From Prorocentrum cordatum (Eukaryota): a stretch of DNA of 64,000 bases. The DNA lies in assembly GCA_963575745.1 (NCBI GenBank), contig CAUYUJ010000128.1:1-64000 (forward strand), read 5' to 3'. Shown piece by piece: positions 9,499-20,431 of the stretch. The position numbers and the translations under genes were made by a program. The notes beneath the pieces are model-generated. The model did no database searches, was not told where the DNA came from, and saw only the letters and a list, made by a program, of their open reading frames with translations. Each line of letters opens with the position of its first letter. Position 1 is the stretch's first letter.

Positions 9499-10814
9499 CG
9501 GGCCAGGTGCGCCGTAGATCCCAATCGTTGTATCGGGGCTGGGGGTGCTGTGATTCGTTTCGGTTGGGCGCCTGGGGGCATAGTCAAAGCTTTTCGATGG
9601 TTATTTGTTGCATGGTGAGGGGCTGCAGCATCGGGCCTCCTGTGCATAGTGGGGTCGTCTTTGGGGCCTCTAGGGGTTCCTTGACGGCGTGAGGTGTCAC
9701 TAAGACTTTCTCTGGTGCTCTGTTGGTGGTCTCTCGGGGCGGGAGATGGGTTGGTAGTGGACTGCTGATTGCGGCTTCCCAATCGGAGGTTTCGATACTT
9801 GTGAGAGGCGTTGAAAACTATGATCCCCCTTCCTTCCTCCACCCTCTCAAGGCAATGTCAGAAGTTATGCCGAACGGCGGCGGCCGCGATCCCAGTGAGG
9901 AGCGTCGAACCTTTGTGCTCTCTGGAACCCCCCTCGGAGGCCTTGGCCATCTTGAGGGCGCAACAACAACAGTAATATAGTATACCACCAACGGTTTTCA
10001 ATGGACGCGCGAGTCAAGGGGGGTGGGGGACAGAACTTAGTTAAACATCATTCCCAGGACACAAGTTCATGCGCCTTGCTCGAAAAGGCGCGGTGGCGGA
10101 CTTTTGAAGGCGCTCGGTCAGGATGCGCGGCCGCACGTGCCACAGTGTGTTCCGCCGCGAGCGCGCAGGGTGAATCCCGAGGGCACGACGGCAACGGCCA
10201 TTTCAAAGATAATTCTCGCCCCAGCTCTCGTGGGGCAGCCGATGCCAATTGTATGTATCTCCCCGCCAGGCGGTATCTCCGTTCGCGGTGTGCCTAAGAC
10301 GTATATGAAGTTCCCACCGTCTGCTCCGCCGCCGCACATGAGCCCCCCGCATGACTGTAATTGATATGTTAGATGGGTAGCGTGAGGCGGGCTGCCAGGG
10401 CCCGCCCTAACGAATGCCCTGAGGATGTTACAGGGGCAACCCTAGCGTCTAGCTGCTTCCGACCTGCTGCAAAAATGCACAACGCCAACGCCTGCATGCG
10501 TCATCCCCCCCTTCTTCGGCACACCCCTCACACGTTCGTTTCTGCGCCCCGCGTTCCTTCCTAGCTTCCTCCTTCCTCCCCCTCCTCTTCCATCCTCCGC
10601 GTCTGCCTTCCGCGTCATCATCATCATCCTCATCGTCATCACCATCCTCATCATCATCATCATCGTCAGCATCATCATCATCATCCTTATCATTATCATC
10701 AGCATCATCATCAGCATCATCGCCCTCACCATCGTCACCATCATCGCCATCAGCCTCGGCATCAGCTTCGGCAGAGGGCTCGACTGCAGAGGGCCCCAAG
10801 AAAGCTCCAGGAGA

Positions 10815-11165
10815 GGAGGGGGCCCGAACGACTCACACCAGGAGGGGCCCGAACGACTCACACCAGGAGGGGCCCGACCGACTCGCACCAGGACGATGGG
10901 GCCCGAACGACTCACACCACGAGGAGCTCGAACGACTCACACCAGGAGGGGCCCGAACGACTCACACCAGGACGAGGGGCCCGAACGACTCACACCACGG
11001 GGAGCCCGAACGACTCACACCAGGAAGAGGGCACCGAACGATTCACCCCACGAGGGGCCCGAACGACTCACACAAGGAGGAGGAGCCCGAACGACTCACA
11101 ACACCGATGAGGGGCCCGAACGATTCATACCAGGAGGGGGTGCCCGAACGACTCACACCACGAGG
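10815..11165. repeat. Minisatellite of ~13 copies of GGGCCCGAACGACTCACACCA with 4-7-bp purine linkers
   Basis: Counted directly; period about 25-28 bp. Confidence 0.9.
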
Positions 11166-11196
11166 GGGGGCCCTCGCCCCTTACCCCCTCGCCCCT

Positions 11197-11445
11197 AGCT
11201 CCCTATGGGGCCACGAAGCGTGTGAGGAGTGTGCCGAAATGGGTGCGGTGGGCGCATGGGAGCGCAGCCGCTGGGGCCTTTGCTGGAGCTCCCTATGGGG
11301 CAACGAAACGCGTGAAGGGTGTGCCGAAGTGGGTGCGGCGGGCGCATGGGAGCGCAGCCACTGGGGCCTTCGCTGGAGCTCCCTATGGGGTCACGAAGCG
11401 TGTGAGGGGTGTGCCGAAATTGGCGCGGTGGGCGCATGGGAGCGC
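11197..11445 (-). repeat. 90-bp satellite, ~3 copies
   Basis: Reverse orientation of the 13081-14992 unit. Confidence 0.9.
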
Positions 11446-13080
11446 CCCTTTCCCGTACCGAGGCAGTGTCTTGCATTCCCTCCCCAGTCTTTAATAGGCA
11501 CCTTGGCCTCGGGCCCTGCCCCGTGGACACGTCAGGCCCCCGACAAGAGAACCCCGAGAAGACCCACAGAGCATCTTTAGAGAGCCACTAAATAGGACCC
11601 CACATCCTTGGGGGCGCCCAACAACAAAACGGATTAGACGGAGCCCATTGGCGTGCGAGTGTTGTCGTGCGTGCGTGCGTTTGTTTGTTTCGTGTTGGTG
11701 GGAGGGGTTCCTCGGGCGCTATCTTGGGCCCCCAAAGTACCCCATACGTATAACACATTTGAGCAACGGTTAATAGTATATATATACATAAATACATACA
11801 TACATGCATACATACATACACACCGACATGCCGCAGGGGCTCAAACTTACACATCGTGGGCTAAGCGTGGAAAAAAAAACGCCGCCTTGCGACGGGCTCC
11901 ACAGTGGAGGAGGGAGGTGGAGGAGGAGGGCGCTCTCGCGGGCAGAGAGAGCAGCGCCAATGGCCTTCGCAATGAAGATGTCCAGGCCGTAAGAGAGGCG
12001 GCGCAAGCGGGGGGGGGGCGACCGCTCGCTCTTAGCTTACCCTCTCCGTCCTCCTCATCCTTCTCCCCCTCCTGATTTTCTTCCTCCTCCACCTAGTGCC
12101 AAGTCGTGTCGGTTCCCTCTACCTCCTCTTCCTCCTCCCTACCAGTCTCCTCCTCCTCCTCTTCGCTTTCCTTGTTCAAGTATATCACGTCCCTCCTCCT
12201 CCTCCTCCTCCTCCTCCTCCTCCTCCTCCTCTCCCCGATGCCCCTCGAATGTTCCCCATGCGTTCAAACCCTCATCCTCATTTTCGGACCGATGATCGTC
12301 TCACGCGTGTCCTGCCCGTCCCAAGTCAGTCGAAGTTGTCTTTTTGATTGAGCTCCTGATCCTCAGTCTCCACGTGATTCCCCCTCCCGCCTCCTCCTCC
12401 TGCTCCTCCTCCTCTACCTCCTACTCCTCCTCCTGACGCGCATCGTTGGTTCCAGAATCCATCGGAGCCACTGAAATTGGAACCGCGCTGCGGGATCTAC
12501 CTCATCCTCCTCCTCCTCCTCATCCTCCTCCTCCTCCTCCTCTTCACGATTTATTCGCCCCAGTCTGTCTTCAGGCTTCCAGGGTCTTGCAATGCAAACT
12601 GCTACGACCAGTTCCTCCTGTTGCTTGTGTTTTTTAGCGCACTTGTCAATGAGGGCGTCATTGACAGACCAACGATATTGAACGCCAAACGTCTCGAAGC
12701 TCAAAGCTGGCCCACGCCCCGACGAGGACGGTGGCAGCGATGGTGGGGTTGAGGACGCACGCGAAGTCGAAAAGCAACATGAAGTCGAAATGATACAGGC
12801 CATTTTGACAGGCCATCTTGGGGGGGGCCCCTGGAACCCCCCTGGAGCATTCTTGGGGCCATCTTGGAGCAAGTGGCCTGTAAGATAGGGTGTAGAAGTA
12901 ACCGCTCTATGAAGGTGGGACGGGGGAGAATGGATAAGGGGGAAGGGCGAGGGGGGTTCGGGTCGAGGGGGCAGGGAGAATGGGGGTCAGGTGCGAGGGG
13001 GCAGGGGGAGGGGCTGGTGCGGGGCGAGGGTGCAGGGGGGATGGGGGTAACGGGCGCGCGGGGGGGGGGGGAAGGGGGGT

Positions 13081-14992
13081 TCCAGCGAAGGCCCCAGTGG
13101 CTTCGCTCCCATGCGCCCGCCGCACCCACTTCGGCACACCCCTCACACGTTTCGTGGCCCCATAGGGAGCTCCACCGAAGGCCCCAGTGGCTGCGCTCCC
13201 ATGCGCCCACCGCACCCATTTCGGCACACCCCTCACACGCTTCGTGGCCCCATAGGGAGCTCCACCGAAGGCCCCAGTGGCTGCGCTCCCATGCGCCCAC
13301 CGCAGATTTCGGCACACCCCTCACACGTTTCGTGGCCCCATAGGGAGCTCCAGCGAAGGCCCCAGTGGCTGCGCTCCCATGCGCCCACCGCACAGATTTC
13401 GGCACACCCCTCACACGTTTCGTGGCCCCATAGGGAGCTCCACCGAAGGCCCCAGTGGCTGCGCCCCATGCGCCCACCGCGCTCATTTCTGCACACCCCT
13501 CACACGCTTTCGTGGCCCCATAGGGAGCTCCAGCGAAGGCCCCAGTGGCTGCGCCCCCATGCGCCCACCGCACCCATTTCGGCACACCCCACACGTTTCG
13601 TGGCCCCATAGGGAACTCCACCGAAGGCCCCAGTGGCTGCGCTCCCATGCGCCCACCGCACCAATTTCGACACACCCCTCACACGCTTCGTGGCCCCATA
13701 GGGGGCTCCAGCGAAGGCCCCAGTGGCTGCGCTCACATGCGCCCACCGCACCGATTTCGGCACACCCCTCACACGTTTCGTGGCCCCATAGGGAGCTCCA
13801 CCGAAGGCCCCAGTGGCTGCGCTCCCATGCGCCCACCGCGCCCATTTTTCGCCACACCCCTCACACGTTTCGTGGCCCCATAGGGAGCTCCAGCGAAGGC
13901 CCCAGTGGCTGCGCTCCCATGCGCCCACCGCACAGATCTCGGCACACCCCTCACACGTTTCGTGGCCCCATAGGGACCTCCAGCGAAGGCCCCAGGGCTG
14001 CGCCCCCATGCGCCCACCGCACAGATTTCGGCACACCCCTCACACGCTTCGTGGCCCCATAGGGAGCTCCACCGAAGGCCCCAGTGGCTGCGCTCCCATG
14101 CGCCCACCGCACCCATTTCTGCACACCCCTCACACGATCGTGGCCCCATAGGGAGCTCCAGCGAAGGCCCCAGTGGCTGCGCTCCCATGCGCCCGCCACA
14201 CATTTCGGCACCCCCTCACACGGTTCGTGGCCCCATAGGGAGCTCCAGCGAAGGCCCCAGTGCTGCGCTCCCATGCGCCCGCCGCACCCATTTCGGCACA
14301 CCCCATCTACGTTTCGTGGCCACATAGGGAGCTCCAGCGAAGGCCCCAGTGGCTGCGCTCCCATGCGCCCACCGCGCCCACTTCGGCACACCCCTCACAC
14401 GTTTCGTGGCCCCATAGGGAGCTCCACCGAAGGCCCCAGTCTGCGCTCCCATGCGCCCACCGCGCCCATTTCGGCACACCCCTCACACGCTTCGTGGCCC
14501 CATAGGGAGCTCCAGCGAAGGCCCCAGTGGCTGCGCTCCCATGCGCCCACCGCACTCATTTCGGCACACCCCTCACACGTTTCGTGGCCCCATAGGGAGC
14601 TCCAGCGAAGGCCCCAGTGGCTGCGCTCCCATGCGCCCACCGCACAGATTTCGGCACACCCCTCACACGCTTCGTGGCCCCATAGGGAGCTCCACCGAAG
14701 GCCCCAGTGGCTGCGCTCCCATGCGCCCACCGCGCCCATTTCTGCACACCCCTCACACGTTTCGTGGCCCCATAGGGAGCTCCAGCGAAGGCCCCAGTGC
14801 TGCCGCCCGCATGCGTCCCCCACATTCATTTCGGCACACCCCTCACACGCTTCGTGGCCCCATCGGGAGCTCCACCGAAGGTCTCAGTGCTGCCGCCCGC
14901 ATGCGTCCCCCGCACTCATTTCGGCGCACCCTCACACGTTTCGGAATCCCATGGGGAGCTCCACCTAAGGCCCCAGTGCTGCCGCCCGCATG
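13081..14992 (+). repeat. 90-bp tandem satellite, ~21 copies
   Basis: Unit is CCCCTCACACGTTTCGTGGCCCCATAGGGAGCTCCAGCGAAGGCCCCAGTGGCTGCGCTCCCATGCGCCCACCGCACCCATTTCGGCACA; period 90 (14521 to 14611). Confidence 0.97.
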
Positions 14993-15603
14993 CGCTGGCA
15001 CGGTTTGGATCCTCGAGCTGCGCTGGCACGGCGTGGATCCTCGAGCTGCGCTGGCACGGTTTTGGTCCACGAGCTGCGCTGGCACGGTTTGGATCCACGA
15101 GATGCGTTGTCACGGTTTGGATCCACCAGCTGCGTTGGCACGGTTTGAATCCTCGAGCTGCGCTGGCACGGTTTGGATCCACGAGCTGCGCTGGCACGGT
15201 TTGGATCCACGAGCTGCGCTGGCACGGTGTGGATCCTCGAGCTGCGCTGGCACGGTTTTGATCCACGAGCTGCGCTGGCACGGTGTTGATCCACGGGCTG
15301 CGTTGGCACGGTTTGGATCCTTGGGCTGCGCTGGCACGGTTTGGATCCTCGAGCTGCGCTGGCACGGTGTGGATCCTCGAGCTGCGCTGGCACGGTTTGG
15401 ATCCACGAGCTGCGCTGGCACGGTGTGGATCCTCGAGCTGCGCTGGCACGGTTTGGATCCACGAGCTGCGCTGGCACGGTGTGGAACCTCGAGCTGCGCT
15501 GACACGGTTTGGATCCACGAGCTGCGCTGGCACGGTTTGGATCCTCGAGCTGCGCTGACACGAATGATATCCACGAGCTGCGCTGGCACGGTTTGGATCC
15601 ACG
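14993..15603 (+). repeat. 28-bp tandem satellite, ~22 copies
   Basis: Unit is GAGCTGCGCTGGCACGGT(T/G)TGGATCC(A/T)C; period 28. Confidence 0.97.
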
Positions 15604-15710
15604 GGGGTGCGGAGGAGGCGAGAAGGTGGATGGATGGCGGCAAGAGGACGGGATGATTATGATTGTCTGATGCCTTGTCGCTCGCCGTGCGATGGCAAAC
15701 GCTGCGGCAC

Positions 15711-16075
15711 CGTAGCTGCGAACGCTTCGCAGCCTGAGTAAGAAAATACTCGCCAACGTAGCTGCGAACGCTTCGCAGCCTGAGTTCAACACATCCCAGA
15801 GCAGTAGCTGTGAACTTTGCACAGCCTGAGTTAAACAAAACCACGTGTCAGCGTAGCCGTGAACGCTCCACAGCCTGAGTTAAACAATAACTCTCCACAG
15901 TAGCTGTGAACGCTTCACAGCCTGAGTTGAAAAGCAACGTGCCTTCGGATATGTGAACGATTTAACGCCCCCTCTTCCTCATCTTCATCCTCATTCCTCC
16001 TTGAGTTAAACAATAACTCGCCATGGTATCTGTGAACGCTTCACAGCCTGAGCTAAAAAGGCAACGTGCCGCCGG
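15711..16075. repeat. ~46-bp hairpin-containing repeats, 6-7 copies
   Basis: GTAGCTG(T/C)GAACGCTTC(A/G)CAGCCTGAGT followed by a semi-variable linker. Confidence 0.9.
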
Positions 16076-16080
16076 GCGTC

Positions 16081-16728
16081 CTACTTCGGGTCCTCCGCGC
16101 CCTTGTCGACCTCCAGCCAGCTGGAAGCCGAGCCGCCTGCAGGATCTTCCTGCACAGACGCCAGTGGCGAGACGGGGATCTTGATGTTCGAGGTGCCAGC
16201 GCTGGTCGAGTTGTGCCCCATGACGTGGCACATCTTGTAGCCACTCTGCCAGCCGTCGTCGTAGTCGCTCTTGTAGCCACACTCCCAGCTGTCGTCGTAG
16301 TTGTAGGCCTTCGTGTAGTTGTCGGCCTTCGCGTATTTGTCCTTCTCGTACTGGTGCTGGCGCTCGTCCACCTCGAAGTCGCACTGGCGCAGGCCGCTCT
16401 CGAGGCCCGCGTCGACGTAGAGGCCCCACTTCTCGTTCACGAACCACTCCTGGTCCAACTCGCCGTCCCAGGTCTTCGGGGGCCTGTTCGTCAGCTCGCA
16501 TCGGCACAGCTTCACCTGGGTCTCGGGGACGTTGTTGCCCAGGATGTCCTGGATGAGCTCAGCCTTGCAGTCCTTGGGCTTAGGGAACTGCGGCCACGGG
16601 TCGTCGCCCGAGATCGGCACGTAGAGCGGCACCCACATGTCAAGGTGCGACAAGTAGAACCAGCACTTCATCCTCGTTTCCCTGTTGATCATAAGGTAGT
16701 GCACGCCGTGGTGCGGGCCAGTCGCCAT
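16081..16728 (-). CDS. Intronless orphan ORF (215 aa from ATG 16728); the frame extends upstream through PTxxPT repeats to ~16830; probable retrocopy
   Basis: Strong GC3 bias and a Trp/Tyr/Asp-rich sequence (MATGPHHGVHYLMINRETRMKCWFYLSHLDMWVPLYVP...). An SL relic lies upstream. The track's first 50 aa come from a dispersed repeat. Confidence 0.7.
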   Translation of the reverse strand: MATGPHHGVHYLMINRETRMKCWFYLSHLDMWVPLYVPISGDDPWPQFPKPKDCKAELIQDILGNNVPETQVKLCRCELTNRPPKTWDGELDQEWFVNEKWGLYVDAGLESGLRQCDFEVDERQHQYEKDKYAKADNYTKAYNYDDSWECGYKSDYDDGWQSGYKMCHVMGHNSTSAGTSNIKIPVSPLASVQEDPAGGSASSWLEVDKGAEDPK

Positions 16729-16831
16729 CGGGTTCAGCGTCGGGTTGGGCGTCGGGATGGCCGTCGGGTTCGGCGTCGGGTTGGCCGTCGGGTTGGCCGT
16801 CGGCGACGGCGCGGGCGGTGGCGCCCGAAAA

Positions 16832-16848
16832 CTTGAGCCAGAATGTCT
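16832..16848 (-). promoter_or_regulatory. Spliced-leader relic
   Basis: Minus strand reads AGACATTCTGGCTCAAG versus AGCCATTTTGGCTCAAG (15/17), exactly at the boundary between repeat and coding-like sequence. Confidence 0.75.
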
Positions 16849-17104
16849 GTATACCGCGTGGGAGCCTCTTGGGGGCCTCTTGGGCATTCTTAGGCCATCT
16901 TGGAGCCATCTTGGAGGCTTCGTGGACGAACTAGAAGGCATCTTGGACTCTCTCGGGCCATATTGGGCGCCATCTTGGACCATCTTGGGCGGACTCGGGG
17001 GCCAGCTTGGGGGCCATCTTGGGCCAACGTAGCCATCTTGGAGGCCATCTTGGGCCGTCTTGAGCCGTCATTCCCATATGTCGCTCGGCGAGCTCCGCCC
17101 CTGC

Positions 17105-18211
17105 GAGATCCCTGTGGGGCCACGAAACGTGCGAGGGGTGCGCCGAAATCGGTATGGACGCATGCGGGCGGCGACACTGGTGCTTTCGGTGGAGCTCCCT
17201 ATACAGCCACGAAACGTGTGAGGGGTGTGCCAAAATGAGCGCGGGGGATGCATGCGGGCGGCAGCACTGGGGCCTTCAGTTGAGCTCCCGATGGGGCCAC
17301 GAAACGTGTGAGGGGTGTGCCGAACTGGGCGTGGGGGACCCATGCGGGCGGCAACACTGGGACCTTCGGTGGAGCTCCCTGTGGGGCAACGAAACGTGTC
17401 AGGTGTGTTCCGAAATGGGTGTGGGGGGCGCATGCGGGCGGCAGCACTGGGGCCTTCGGTGGAGCTCCCCATGGGGCCACGAAACGTGTGAGGGGTGTGC
17501 CGAAATGAATGTGGGGGGCGCATGCGGGCGGCAGCACTGGGGCATTCGGTGGAGCTCCCGATGGGGCCACGAACGTGTGAGGGGTGTGCCAAAATGGGTG
17601 TGGGGGCCGCATGCGGGCGGCTGCCCTGGGGCCTTCGATGGAGCTCCCTGTGGGGCCACGAAACGTGTGAGGGGTGTGCCACAATGGGTGTGGGGGGCGC
17701 ATGCGGGCGGCAGCACTGGGACCTTCGGTGGAACTCCTCATGAGGCCACGAAACGTGTGAGGGGTGTGCCGAAATGAGTGTGGGGGGCGCATGCGGGCGG
17801 CAGCACTGGGGCCTTCGGTGGAGCTCCCCATGTGATTCCGAAACGTGTGAGGGTGCGCCGAAATGAGTGCGGGGGACGCATGCGGGCGGCAGCACTGGGA
17901 CCTTCGGTGGAGCCCCCGATGGGGCCACGAAGCGTGTGAGGGGTGCGCCGAAATGAAGGTGGGGGACGCGTGCGGTCGGCAGCACTGGGGCATTCGGTGG
18001 AGCTCCCTGTGGGGCCACGAAACGTGTGAAGGGTGTGCCAAAATGTGCGTGGGGGCCGCATGCGGGCGGCTGCCCTGGGGCCTTCGATGGAGCTCCCTGT
18101 GGGGCCACGAAACGTGTGAGGGGTGTGCCACAATGGGTGTGGGGGGCGCATGCGGGCGGCAGCACTGGGGCCTTCGGTGGAGCTCCCCATGTGATTCCGA
18201 AAGGTGTGAGG
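17105..18211 (-). repeat. 90-bp satellite, variant subtype, ~12 copies, inverted relative to 13081-14992
   Basis: Same unit, carrying the GCATGCGGGCGGCAGCACTGG variant. Confidence 0.95.
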
Positions 18212-19132
18212 AATGATGGTGATGATGGCAGCGATGATGGTGATGATGATGGTGATGATGATGATTGCGATGATGGTGTTGATGACGATCATGAGGATTA
18301 TGGCGATGATGGTGATGACGGTGATGATAACGACGATGATGGTGATGACGATTATGATTGCGGGAGGATGGAGATGGAAGAATAGGAGGAGGAGGAGGAG
18401 AGGAGGAGGAGTGACGCGGCGCGCTGTCTCTTCAAAACGAGGACCCAACGCCTCTGACCCATCACCCAGGCACGGTGGCGGATTTGGCCGAAGGCCATTA
18501 GATAACATGTGGTCCTGCATGGGCCGCAACAGTGATCTGCCTTGCCGTATATGTGGGTAAGCTACAGTGGTGAATTCTGCGGCTGCAAACGCTGTAGGAG
18601 ATCTCGAGAAACCTCTGTGGGTGATTTCGGGAAGCAAAATATGGCGGAGCATAATAGGAGACCTCTGGAAGCAAAATATGGTGGGGCTCTGCTTTTCCTT
18701 TTAAACCTTCACGTGCCTGATGTTCCCTAGCTGTTGGGGCGGCCCTGGAGCGCGTTGAGGCAGGGTCGGTGGTATCTTGGAGAACCTCTATTAAAGCTGT
18801 GATCGAGGCTATCTCGTGCTCTCTCATGGTGCCCCCCTGAACCCGCCTTGGGACATGTCAGGTTTTCAAGAGCCCTCCAGGGGAGGAGGAGGAGGAGGAA
18901 GAGGAGGAGGAGGATGGGGGAGGAGGAGGAGGAATGGGTGGGAGGAGGAGACAGAAGGGGGGAGGAGGAGGACGGATGAAGGGGCGGATGGGGGATAGGA
19001 GGAGGGGGATAACGAAGAGGGCGTTACGATGGGAAGAGGGGGAAGGGGACGAGGAGGAGGGGGAGACGGACGGGGAAGATGAGGAGGAGGACGATGGGGA
19101 GGACGAAAACGAGGAGGAGGAGGAGGGAGGTG

Positions 19133-19855
19133 CACTGGCACGGTTTGGATCCACGGGCTGCGATGGCACGGTTTGGATCTTCGAGCTGCGCTGGCACGGT
19201 GTGGGCCCTCGAGTTGCGGTGGCGCGGTCTGGATCCACGAGCTGCGCTGGCACGGTTTGGATCCTCGAGCTGCGTTGGCACGGCGTAGATCCTCGAGCTG
19301 CGCTGGCACGGTTTTGATCCACGAGCTGCGCTGGCACGGCTTGGATCCACGAGATGCGTTGTCACGGTTTGGATCCACGAGCTGCGTTGGCACGGTTTGA
19401 ATCCTCGAGCTGCGCTGGCACGGTTTGGATCCACGAGCTGCGCTGGCACGGTTTGGATCCACGAACTGCGCTGGCACGGTGTGGATCCTCGAGCTGCGCT
19501 GGCACGGTTTTGATCCACGAGCTGCGCTGGCACGGTTTTGATCCACGAGCTGCGCTGGCACGGTTTGGATCCACGAGCTGCGCTGGCACGGTTTGGATCC
19601 TCGAGCTGCGCTGGCGCGGTTTAGATCCACGAGCTGCGCTGGCACGGTTTGGATCCACGAGCTGCGTTGGCACGGTGTGGATCCTCGAGCTGCGCTGGCA
19701 CGGTTTGGATCCACGAGCTGCGCTGGCACGGTGTGGATCCTCGAGCTGCGCTGGCACGGTTTGAATCCACGAGCTGCGCTGGCACGGTTTGGATCCTCGA
19801 GCTGCGCTGGCACGGTTGAGATCCACGAGCTGCGCTGGCACGGTTTGGATCCACG
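19133..19855 (+). repeat. 28-bp tandem satellite, ~26 copies
   Basis: Same unit as 14993-15603. Confidence 0.97.
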
Positions 19856-19958
19856 GGGGTGCGGAGGAGGCGAGAAGGTGGATGGATGGCGGCAAGAGGG
19901 CGGTTATGATTGTCAGGATGCCTTGTCGCTCGCCGTGCGATGGCAAACGCTGCGGCAC

Positions 19959-20395
19959 CGTAGCTGCGAACGCTTCGCAGCCTGAGTAGAAACAATACTC
20001 GCCAACGTAGCTGCGAACGCTTCGCAGCCTGAGTTCAACACATCTCAGAGCAGTAGCTGTGAACGCTTCACAGCCTGAGTTTTTTTTATAAAAAAACACG
20101 TGTCAGCGTAGCCGTGAACGCTGCACAGCCTGAGTTAAACAATAACTCTCCACAGTAGCTGTGAGCGCTTCACAGCTTGAGTTAAAAAGCAACGTGCCAT
20201 CATAGATGTGAACGGTTTGACGCCCCCTCTTCCTCATCTTCATCCTCATTCCTCCTTGAGTTAAACAATAACTCGCCATGGTATCTGTGAGCGCTTCACA
20301 GCCTGAGTAAAACGCACGTGCCGACGTAGCTGTGAACGATCCACAGCCTGAGTTAAACAATAACTCGCCACGAGAGCTGTGAACGATTCACTGTA
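19959..20395. repeat. ~46-bp hairpin-containing repeats, second cluster, 8-9 copies
   Basis: Colinear with 15711-16075, plus two extra units. Confidence 0.9.
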
Positions 20396-20431
20396 GAACA
20401 CATGTGTCCGCCTGAACTCGAAACATCATGA

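Noticed and set aside
12701..20099. Many 100-400-aa ORFs (WSSLWGHETCEGCAE..., ELRWHGLDPRAALAR...)
   Set aside because: These are translations of the 90-bp and 28-bp satellites, open in several frames on both strands.
15711..20395. CRISPR-like repeat-spacer arrays
   Set aside because: The linkers are short, related to each other in two alternating classes, and the same in both clusters. The pattern is satellite-like, so it is kept only as a hairpin repeat.
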